This document shows positions 49,486-59,334 of a stretch of DNA of 64,000 nt, piece after piece. The stretch comes from an uncultured Acidobacteriota bacterium (GTDB lineage: Bacteria > Acidobacteriota > Vicinamibacteria > Vicinamibacterales > UBA2999), in the NCBI GenBank assembly GCA_902826065.1, contig CADEDM010000006.1:836-64835 (forward strand), written 5' to 3'. Numbering within the stretch: position 1 is the first letter of the stretch; each line of letters begins with the position of its first letter. The notes under the pieces were generated by a model. That model was not told the origin of the DNA. It saw only the letters and a list, made by a program, of their open reading frames with translations, and ran no database searches. A program made the translations under genes and the position numbers.

Positions 49486-49612
49486 GACTCCTCCAGTCGG
49501 GATCCGAAGCGTCCAGAGTGTACGCGTGCCGGCTGACTGACCCCGCCAGCTCGCCGCTACCGGCGAGGACAGGTGGCGAGGCGAGGCAGGTCCGGCGCCC
49601 GATGCGGAGACG

Positions 49613-49618
49613 TAGACT
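49613..49618 (+). promoter_or_regulatory. -10-like hexamer TAGACT placed for a leaderless transcript
   Basis: The GTAGACT hexamer ends 6 nt before the A of ATG 49625. There is no Shine-Dalgarno sequence in between. Confidence 0.4.
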
Positions 49619-49624
49619 AGCCGC

Positions 49625-51304
49625 ATGCGCCTGCTCGTTCTCGCGCTTGCGGCTGCGCTCTCGGGCCAGGGCGGTCGCCCGGCCGGTCCGCTGATCGTCG
49701 TGATCGACGGCGACAGCGCTGTCGCGGCGCCGGAAGACACGGCGCGGCGACGCGTGGCGCTGCTCGAACAACTGGACCCCGGCGCCGTCGCGAAGTACTA
49801 CGAGCTCACCGCCAGTGGCATCCACCCGGTGGCACCCACCGACGCGGCGTCGTTCCGCCGCACCGTGTTCACCGTGACGCCGCCGAGCTACTCGGGCGTG
49901 AAGGTCACGTTCTCCGAGAGCACCGAGATCCTGCGTGGCAACGAGGCGGTGCGCGAGGCCGTCATCGCGCGCGAGTGCTCGAGCGGCTGCGGCGGGCGCG
50001 TGCGCGCGGCGGTCGAGGCCGAGGTCAAGCGCACCGAGGGAGAGAGTGCCCGCAAGCTCCAGCATCTCGCCGCGCAGGCGACGTCGTGGCGCGGAGCCCG
50101 GGTGGTCCTGGTGACCTCCGGATGGCCGACGCGTGACGAGGCCCGCGTGCGTCTCGACCGCGCGCTCGCGCCGCTGCGTGAGCACGCCGTGTCGCTGACC
50201 GTCGTGCACGTGCCGTCACGCGAGCCCTATCGGGGCCTCGTGCGTGATGCCAGCGAGAGCCTGGCGGCCCGGCTGCCGGCGCGCTACGCGACGCTGGCCG
50301 GCGACGCCGACGTGTCCGCGGCGGCGACCCTCGTCGGCGTCGCCTCTCCGGCGCAGACGACCGCCGCGATCACGACGTCCGCGGGAGCATCAGCGTCCTT
50401 CGCCCTTGGAGCGACGCCTGGTCCGGAGAGTCCCGCGCAGGCCGTCGGGCCATCGACATCGCCGGCGGCCGACCCACCGGTCGCTGCGCCGGCCAACGAC
50501 GACGCGACGCTGCGCCGGGCCGCCGCCTACGTCGCCCGCTTCGAGCGGACGTTCACCGAAGTGGTCTGGCACGAGCGGTACGAGCAGGAAGTGCGCGTGT
50601 GGCAACGGTTCTCGAGTTCCGGCGAGACGCGATGGAACCTCGACGGCCGTCGCACGCTGGAGTCAGAGCTCTACTTCGCGTGGCTGCCGAAGGACGGGAC
50701 GTGGATCGCGGTGCGCGATGTGATGGCGGTCGACGGCAAGGCGCGGCCGGCCGGCGACCGCCGCCTGGCCGCCCTGGCGGCGCGCGGCTCCGTGTCCGTG
50801 CTGGAGCTGCGGGAGTTGGCGCGCGAGAACGGACGCTTCAACATCGGCACCATCGTCCGCACGTTCAACGAGCCCACGCTGGCGCTGCTGTTCCTCACCG
50901 AACGCCACCGTGCCCGCGTGGCGTGGTCGCGCAAGGGCCAGCGGCGCGCCGACGGGCGCGTCGTGGCGACGTATGCGTTCACCGAGCAGGGACGTCCGAC
51001 GCTGATTCGCAGCGGCGACCGCGACATGCCCGTGCGCGGGACGTTCGACCTCGACAGCGCCACCGGCGAAGTGCTGGCCAGCACCATCGAGTTATCCGAA
51101 CCGCTGGCCATCGGCGAAGCCCTGCCGACCCTCACCGGACGGATGGCCGTGGACTACCGGCCGCACGTCGCGTTCGACGTGCTGGTGCCGGGCGAGATGC
51201 GAGAGTCCTACAGTGCCCACCGCTCGGAAGAGGTGACCGCGACGGCCATCTATTCGGACTTCCGGCGCTTCTGGACGACGGCCCGCCTGATCCTGACCCC
51301 GTAG
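49625..51304 (+). CDS. secreted two-domain protein of unknown function (degenerate VWA-like N-domain, A/P/S/T linker, unknown C-domain)
   Basis: Signal peptide MRLLVLALAAALSG. Strand pattern LIVVIDGDSAV ... RVVLVTSGWPTRDE ... SLTVVHV. A low-complexity linker near residues 235-290. The C-domain is rich in W/Y/E/R. Confidence 0.6.
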   Translation: MRLLVLALAAALSGQGGRPAGPLIVVIDGDSAVAAPEDTARRRVALLEQLDPGAVAKYYELTASGIHPVAPTDAASFRRTVFTVTPPSYSGVKVTFSESTEILRGNEAVREAVIARECSSGCGGRVRAAVEAEVKRTEGESARKLQHLAAQATSWRGARVVLVTSGWPTRDEARVRLDRALAPLREHAVSLTVVHVPSREPYRGLVRDASESLAARLPARYATLAGDADVSAAATLVGVASPAQTTAAITTSAGASASFALGATPGPESPAQAVGPSTSPAADPPVAAPANDDATLRRAAAYVARFERTFTEVVWHERYEQEVRVWQRFSSSGETRWNLDGRRTLESELYFAWLPKDGTWIAVRDVMAVDGKARPAGDRRLAALAARGSVSVLELRELARENGRFNIGTIVRTFNEPTLALLFLTERHRARVAWSRKGQRRADGRVVATYAFTEQGRPTLIRSGDRDMPVRGTFDLDSATGEVLASTIELSEPLAIGEALPTLTGRMAVDYRPHVAFDVLVPGEMRESYSAHRSEEVTATAIYSDFRRFWTTARLILTP

Positions 51305-51434
51305 CGGAGGTGCCCGAAGACGCGGCCGCGGAAGCGCCGTGACGGGCGCGCGCGGCGTGCACTCGTCACGCCGTTGGTCACGTCCAACTGCGGAAAGCAC
51401 CGTCTTCCACCCGGCCGCCCGATGGCCCGGAGCG

Positions 51435-51440
51435 TATGAA
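51435..51440 (+). promoter_or_regulatory. -10-like hexamer TATGAA 5 nt before the ATG
   Basis: An AT-rich hexamer immediately upstream of the permease start. Possibly a leaderless arrangement. Confidence 0.25.
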
Positions 51441-51445
51441 GGGCC

Positions 51446-53857
<2,412 letters not shown>

Positions 53858-53960
53858 CGGCGGCGACATCGTCGGCGGCTCTCGCGGTTCGCGGCACGTG
53901 TCGCACGGAGGCGCCCCACGCGCCGCCAGCCGATCGTTGCGCCCCGCGGAGAGCCGATGC

Positions 53961-53966
53961 TATAGT
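53961..53966 (+). promoter_or_regulatory. -10-like hexamer TATAGT upstream of tRNA-Lys
   Basis: The only AT-rich hexamer in the 190-nt spacer, 84 nt upstream of the mature tRNA 5' end. Confidence 0.3.
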
Positions 53967-54049
53967 CTGGGTTTGCCAGTCGCGTCGCGGCGCCCGCCGT
54001 ACGCGACCAGCGAGCGTCCGGTGGCGCCCCGCGCCGCCAGCACTCCTCT

Positions 54050-54125
54050 GGGCCCGTAGCTCAACTGGCAGAGCAGCAGACTCTTAATCTGTTGGTTGAA
54101 GGTTCGATTCCTTCCGGGCTCACCA
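54050..54125 (+). tRNA. tRNA-Lys: tRNA-Lys (anticodon CTT), CCA encoded
   Basis: Folded by hand. Acceptor GGGCCCG/CGGGCTC (one G-U pair), D arm GCTC/GAGC, anticodon stem GCAGA/TCTGT with loop CTCTTAA, T arm GAAGG-TTCGATT-CCTTC, discriminator A + CCA. 76 nt. Confidence 0.95.
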
Positions 54126-54164
54126 CTCACCGCCGGCATCCGACCTGCTAGCCGACGCGGCCCG

Positions 54165-54386
54165 TCATGCGAGGCGTCCGTTCGCATCCGGCCCGGGGGC
54201 GGCCCCTGCCTCGTTCCCATCCACCGCCATGACCTTCCCCTCGGCGACTTCGATGCGCGCGAGGACGGTGCACGGCCTCTTGCCCTCCACCCGCGGGACA
54301 CACCCGCGCGCGAGTTGCTTCGCGCGCATGGCTGCGACCACGACGAAGTGGAAAGTCCCGTTCGGGGGCGCACTCACTGGAACCAT
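54165..54386 (-). CDS. rpoZ: DNA-directed RNA polymerase omega subunit-like protein
   Basis: FHFVVVAAMRAKQLARG...TVLARIEVAEGKV resembles the omega/Rpb6 core (N-x-F-x-L-V-x-x-A-x-x-R-A-x-Q-L ... A-L-x-E-I-x-x-G-K). High GC3. The real start may be GTG 54377, forming a GTGA overlap with the upstream ORF. Confidence 0.6.
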   Translation of the reverse strand: MVPVSAPPNGTFHFVVVAAMRAKQLARGCVPRVEGKRPCTVLARIEVAEGKVMAVDGNEAGAAPGPDANGRLA

Positions 54387-54622
54387 CCGAAAGACGGCCG
54401 CAGGATGCCGGCGACGGCCGCGGCGGCGACGGCCATGATCCCCGCCGTCTGCAGGCGATCGCGCCTGACGGAGTCGTGCCCCCGGTCGCGCGCCTGCCCG
54501 ACCGACCAGTGCATGTCGATGCCCGCATCGTGGCGGAGCGCCTCGCGCGTGAGGCTGATGATCGGCGGTGGCATGACGCCTGACGGCAACGCCGGCGACA
54601 CGGATGACTGCGCGATGGACAT
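54374..54622 (-). CDS. small (82 aa) tail-anchored membrane protein of unknown function
   Basis: GGGGAGGG RBS 4 nt before the ATG. Over 90% G/C at third positions (counted by hand). C-terminal hydrophobic helix GIMAVAAAAVAGIL. Confidence 0.55.
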   Translation of the reverse strand: MSIAQSSVSPALPSGVMPPPIISLTREALRHDAGIDMHWSVGQARDRGHDSVRRDRLQTAGIMAVAAAAVAGILRPSFGWFQ

Positions 54623-54767
54623 GTGACCCTCCCCGGAAACGGGCTTTGGTGAGGGCCAGGGCGGGAACCGCCTCAGAGCTCAGAAAAGCAGACGCCGTGA
54701 GTATACCGCCGTACCTCCGCCGGGCTCGGCAAATGGACGCGCGGGAACGGCCGGCGCGCCCCGCGCG

Positions 54768-56270
54768 CTACGGGCACGCCAGCGGAGTGACGCGGCCGTC
54801 GCTGGCCACCGGGTCCCAGCGATAGAGATAGGCGGCGCGTCCGGGCAGTCGCGACACAGCCCCGCACCGGCGATCGGGACCGGGGTCGATGCCGAAGATC
54901 ACCGCGTCGTCGAGCAGCGCGCCGTTGCGGGCCAGATCTTCCGCCGCCATCGATCGCCGCGTGCCCACGCGTCCGGCGATCAGGACGAGCGCGCCATTGA
55001 GGCCCAGTGCCGACGCCTGCATGAACGGATTCATGCGCTCCCGGATGACGCCGCGTTCGATCATCGCGTGGACCACGAACGCCATCGGCATCAGGGTGAT
55101 GCTGGCGGTGAGCCACTTGAACATCGTCCGGTCGCCTGCCGGGAGCGTGGCGAAGTCCGCGGTGCGAAACACCTGCGCGGTCACGAAGATGACAAGGAAC
55201 AGGAACACCTCGTAGTGGAAGCGCGCGCCGTACTGATTGCCGCCGCGTTCCATGTAGAAGAACAACATCGACGCCATGACGGCGGGCAGCCAGGTGAAGG
55301 GGCCGCGCCGTGCTGCGGACGGCGCGCGGCGCAGGTAGACGACGTAGGCCGCGATCAGCACGGGCGGTGTCCACAGCAGGTGCCGGACGACGTGGCTGGC
55401 CATGATGTCCACGCCGCGCAGCACGAACCCGTCGGCGAACCAGCGCGACCTGGTGACGTCGGTCGTCGTGAGCTGCCACGCGACGCCCGTGAGCACGATG
55501 TTGTAGGCCATCAGGCCGACCGCCCACGGCAGGCCGCCCAGCGCCACCAGCGCCAGCGTGCGCGCGCGGGCCACGCCCGGTCGCAGCAGCCACGCCACCA
55601 CGGGCACGGCGCAGATCGCGCCCGTGAAGTACCGCGTCAGCACGGCCCACCCGATGAGCGCACCGAGCAGCAGCGGCACCCACGCCGGCCGGCGATCCTC
55701 GCGGGCCGCGAGGCAGGCCGCAGCGAGGACCAGCGCGCCGCACAGCGGATGCGAGAAGTACGACGCGGCGTTGAACGCGAAGAACGGCGAGGCCGCCAGG
55801 ACGAGGGCCGCGAGGGCGCCCGCCGGCGCGCCGTAGAGCTGTGAGCCCAGCGTCCACACGAGCGCCAGCGTGGCGGCGCCAAGGAGGGGATTCACCAGCC
55901 ACGCCGGGATGCCGGCGAACATCGCGAGCGCCAGCGCCAGCGGCCATCCCGGCGGGAACGTCCCGAACGTCCGGCCGCTCTGCAGGCCGATGTAGTTCAG
56001 GTCGAAGAGCTCCGGCGAGGGCGGGGCAGGCCACCACAACCGGCCGGCGCTCAGCGTGCGCGCCTGGAAGAGATACATGTACTCATCGCCGGAGTTCGGG
56101 AAGCCGAGCAGGATGCGCTGGTTGAGGAGCGCCAGTCCCGCGACGACGAGCGGGCCGCCGAGCGCCGCGACGAGCAGGCGATGGCCATCGAGCCACCCGG
56201 CGAGCCACAGACTTCGGGCGTAGAGGCGTGCCCAGGGTCCGTGGCGATGGGGCTGGTGAGGCTCGGTCAT
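54768..56270 (-). CDS. GT-C fold membrane glycosyltransferase (ArnT/PMT-like, GT39/GT83-type)
   Basis: About 11-12 TM helices. The first periplasmic loop carries NSGDEYMYLFQARTL (a DE-type GT-C motif). Confidence 0.7.
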   Translation of the reverse strand: MTEPHQPHRHGPWARLYARSLWLAGWLDGHRLLVAALGGPLVVAGLALLNQRILLGFPNSGDEYMYLFQARTLSAGRLWWPAPPSPELFDLNYIGLQSGRTFGTFPPGWPLALALAMFAGIPAWLVNPLLGAATLALVWTLGSQLYGAPAGALAALVLAASPFFAFNAASYFSHPLCGALVLAAACLAAREDRRPAWVPLLLGALIGWAVLTRYFTGAICAVPVVAWLLRPGVARARTLALVALGGLPWAVGLMAYNIVLTGVAWQLTTTDVTRSRWFADGFVLRGVDIMASHVVRHLLWTPPVLIAAYVVYLRRAPSAARRGPFTWLPAVMASMLFFYMERGGNQYGARFHYEVFLFLVIFVTAQVFRTADFATLPAGDRTMFKWLTASITLMPMAFVVHAMIERGVIRERMNPFMQASALGLNGALVLIAGRVGTRRSMAAEDLARNGALLDDAVIFGIDPGPDRRCGAVSRLPGRAAYLYRWDPVASDGRVTPLACP

Positions 56271-56454
56271 GCGTGCGAGTCGTGAGGCCCTCGTCTTGTG
56301 CCGTGTCGCCGTGGGTCACGCTGAGGCCGCTCGCCGACGTTGGCGGCATCCCACGAGCCGACGTCCATGCCGAGCGCGAGACCGACGCGGCGCAAGGCCC
56401 GTGCATCCTATCAGCACTGCATCCGTCCTGCTCGTGACCGCAATCGATCGCGTG

Positions 56455-57324
56455 TCAGGGCACGTCGTAGCCCCGGCGGGTGTGGACCGTGCCGCGTACG
56501 CCCTTCAGCCGCACGTCCACGCTGTGCCAGCCGCGACGTTCTACCCCCTGAGCCGTATAGGTCAGCACGTAGCGATGACGGTACTCGTCGAGGATCCGCA
56601 CGAACGCGTCTTCCATCGGGCGCCGGGCATCCACGGGGAAGACCCGGCCGCCGGTCTCCGCGGCGAGGTCCTGCAGATCCCGCATGGCCTGGCGGCCTCC
56701 GGGACTGCGCGAGAACCGCACCGCGTCGTAGCCGGCGACGACCGGGTAGATCACGACATCGGCGCGCGTCGCCATCTCCAGGGCCTGCGCCTGACTGAGC
56801 CAGCTCGCCGAGTCGAGGCCGTCGGTGAGCAGGACCATCAGCGCCGGCCGCGGATCCGCGCCCGCCAGGAGCAGGCTGGCGAACACGGCATCGTGCAGGG
56901 CGGTCGAGCCGCCGAGGGGCAACAGATCGGGATGCAGCACGCCGCTGGGGGGTGTCAGCAGGCGCACGTGGTGTGCGAATCCCACCACGGTCAGGCGGTC
57001 CCTCTCGGTCAACCGCGCCAGCAGCGCATTGGCTGCGGTCACCAGGCGCTGCAGTGGCGCGCCCTGCACGCTGCCCGAGAGGTCGAGCACCACCACGACG
57101 TGCGCGGCGTCCGTCGTGGCCACGGAGTCGACCCGCTGCACGACGCCGTTGTCGCGCACCTCGAAGTGCTCGGCGGTGAGACCGGCTCGCGGCAGGCGCC
57201 CGTCGAGGGCGAGGACGTCGAGGCGCACGCCGCTGGTCGACGCCGTGAACTGCGCGGCGCCGCCGGTCGACGACGCCACGGCGAGCAGCGCGAGCAGCGC
57301 CCCAGCGCCGGCGTGTCTAGTCAT
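56455..57324 (-). CDS. secreted VWFA-related protein (acidobacterial TIGR03436-like) with intact MIDAS
   Basis: Signal peptide ends GGAAQ. FEVRDNGVVQRV, VVVVLDLSGSV (DxSGS), STALHDAV, LLTDGLDSAS, ETGGRVF and a C-terminal GWHSVDVRLK...RRGY. Confidence 0.8.
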   Translation of the reverse strand: MTRHAGAGALLALLAVASSTGGAAQFTASTSGVRLDVLALDGRLPRAGLTAEHFEVRDNGVVQRVDSVATTDAAHVVVVLDLSGSVQGAPLQRLVTAANALLARLTERDRLTVVGFAHHVRLLTPPSGVLHPDLLPLGGSTALHDAVFASLLLAGADPRPALMVLLTDGLDSASWLSQAQALEMATRADVVIYPVVAGYDAVRFSRSPGGRQAMRDLQDLAAETGGRVFPVDARRPMEDAFVRILDEYRHRYVLTYTAQGVERRGWHSVDVRLKGVRGTVHTRRGYDVP

Positions 57325-58510
57325 GCGGCGTCTCGGCGGGGCCGCTCACGCGGGCGCGCAGCTGGCGCACGGTGGGATCGACGAGCCACTCGAGGCCCAT
57401 GGGATACGCCGGCCACGGATCGTCCGCAGCGGGTTCGCGCGACAGGCACTCCTGGACGGTTCCTCGCGCCTCCCCCTGGCGCCCGGCCTTCACCAGCGCG
57501 TGGGCCAGCGCCAGACAGCCGCTCTGCCAGCGTTCGTGCGCCGTGCGCGCGGCGCGGAAGTGGCCCACCGCCTCGTCGTACCGACGTTGCGCGTCCGCAG
57601 CCTGGCCCCTCGTGAGCGCGAGCAGGTACGCCAGGCGTCCTGGCGGGGCCTCGACGGCGAGGTGCGTCCGCGCGGCGTCGAAGGCGCCGAGCCGCACGAA
57701 GACCCGCGCCAGGCGCACCCGCGCTTCGGCGTCGGCGGGTTGCAGCACCAGCGCGCGTTCATAGCTGCGTGCGGCGCGCTGCAGCGCCGTCCGCGAGGCC
57801 ATGGTGGCATCCGGCGGCAGGCCCGCCAGCACTCTGGCCCTGTCGAAGACGGCGATCGGCGAGCCCAGGGTCTCCAGGATCGAACCATCGATGACGTGGA
57901 ACACGGCCTGGTCGCTGAATTCGTCCAGGGCCTGCCTGACGACCCGGCTCGCTTCCGCCAGGGCGCCTCGACGCTGGAAGTGGGTCGCGGCGATCAGCCA
58001 CCAGTCCTGCCGGAAGCGCGTGACCTCGAGCCGGGCCGCCGCATCGACGCTGGTGTCGCGACTCCAGGGCGTGTAGCGCGAAGGCGCCAGCGCGCGGAAG
58101 GCCGTCTCTGCGATGCGGACGTGCCTGTCACGCTCGGACTGGCGGCCGGGTGGCAAGGCAATCGCCGCCTCCAGATGCAGCGCCGCCGTGGCGCGAAGCT
58201 GCTGCAGGTAGAGACGTGCCGGTGCGCCGTCGACGACCTTGGCCGCCCGGTTGGCGGCGACGGCGCTCTCGTACTGCCTCGTCCGCTCGCGCAGGATCTC
58301 GACGGCATTCGCCTCGAGGTCGGTCGCGCGAAGGCGTACGAGGTCCACGATCGCCGTCACGTTGTCGCCGCCGAGGTAGCGCTCGACGAGACGCAGGTAC
58401 TCACCGTCGGTCTGCGGTTGTCGCGCCATCGCGGCTGCGACGCTCGACAGCACGATCGCCAATCCCAGGACGGCACGAAGACGGGACTGCGGCACAGCCA
58501 TGGCCGGCAA
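57317..58510 (-). CDS. secreted all-helical TPR-like protein
   Basis: Signal peptide LGLAIVLSSVAAAMA. Repeated A/L/R/Y helical pairs (for example RYDEAVGHFRAARTAHERW, CLALAHALVKAGRQGEA). 8-nt overlap with the VWA gene. Confidence 0.6.
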   Translation of the reverse strand: MPAMAVPQSRLRAVLGLAIVLSSVAAAMARQPQTDGEYLRLVERYLGGDNVTAIVDLVRLRATDLEANAVEILRERTRQYESAVAANRAAKVVDGAPARLYLQQLRATAALHLEAAIALPPGRQSERDRHVRIAETAFRALAPSRYTPWSRDTSVDAAARLEVTRFRQDWWLIAATHFQRRGALAEASRVVRQALDEFSDQAVFHVIDGSILETLGSPIAVFDRARVLAGLPPDATMASRTALQRAARSYERALVLQPADAEARVRLARVFVRLGAFDAARTHLAVEAPPGRLAYLLALTRGQAADAQRRYDEAVGHFRAARTAHERWQSGCLALAHALVKAGRQGEARGTVQECLSREPAADDPWPAYPMGLEWLVDPTVRQLRARVSGPAETPHD

Positions 58511-58657
58511 CCAGGGTCAGTAGCGGGCGCTCGCCAGGCAGCGTCAGTGCCACCTGCCCGGACAGTGTAGCCGTGCAGCGCCGGTTCGCGCGCCTCGCCT
58601 CACGAGCGACGCCGTTCGACCGGGCATGAGGCGATCCGCCTCGACGACTGACGCTCG

Positions 58658-59110
58658 CTACGGGCGCTGGGGCCCGGTTGCGTCGGCGCTGCGTTCTGCG
58701 TCCTTGATGGGGCCGAGCGCCCGCAGCACGGCGAAGTTGGCGAGGCTCAGCACCACGGCGATGTCGTAGTTGCGATACGCGACCGCGGCACCCACGGCCG
58801 CGGTGGTCCAGATGCTTGCCGCCGTCGCCGTGCCTTTCACGCTGTCGCCGGTCTTCAGGATGGCGCCACTGCCGATGAAGCCGATGCCGGCCAGCAGGCC
58901 CTGCCACACGCGCGACTCGGCATCCACCGACGCGCCGAACGAGCTGCGCGCGGCGATCAGGAAGCCGCAGGTCGCGATCGACACCAGCGTGAAGGTCCGC
59001 AGGCCGGCCGTCCGCTCCCGCGTCTCGCGATCCCAGGCGATCGGCAGCGCGAGCAGGAAGGCGATGGCGAGCTGCCAGACGTGCTGGCCGATCTGGGCGA
59101 CGTCCTGCAT
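58658..59110 (-). CDS. mgtC: MgtC/SapB-family membrane protein
   Basis: LAIAFLLALPIAWDRE...AGLRTFTLVSIATCGF...GIGFIGSGAILK...GTATAASIWTTAAVGAAVA. Confidence 0.8.
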   Translation of the reverse strand: MQDVAQIGQHVWQLAIAFLLALPIAWDRETRERTAGLRTFTLVSIATCGFLIAARSSFGASVDAESRVWQGLLAGIGFIGSGAILKTGDSVKGTATAASIWTTAAVGAAVAYRNYDIAVVLSLANFAVLRALGPIKDAERSADATGPQRP

Positions 59111-59334
59111 CGTGGGTCGCCACGCGCAGTGCAACCCGACTGCCACATCGACGGTATCCGCCGTACCGCAGAAGTCGGCTCGGGAGCCTGTTGGCGGCGC
59201 GACGCGCACCCGCGGTTCACAGACACCATGTCAGGCGTTACCCACATGTGGCATCGGCGTGCCCGCTGCGCGGATCGCGGGACGGTGAGTCCCGGGCATC
59301 CGCCTTGCAGTGGCTCGAGCGGCAGAGGTGTCCG

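Noticed and set aside
54050-54125. tRNA-Lys as an integration hotspot or genomic-island boundary.
   Set aside because: No integrase, direct repeat of the tRNA 3' end, or compositional shift is visible on either side. The flanking genes (ADOP permease, rpoZ-like) look like native core genes.
54673-58570. ORFs 54673..56037 (-), 56269..57615 (+) and 56825..58570 (+).
   Set aside because: They are alternative frames or strands of the GT-C, VWA and TPR-like genes and lack TM periodicity or motifs. The chosen frames have signal peptides, a MIDAS motif and hydrophobic helices.
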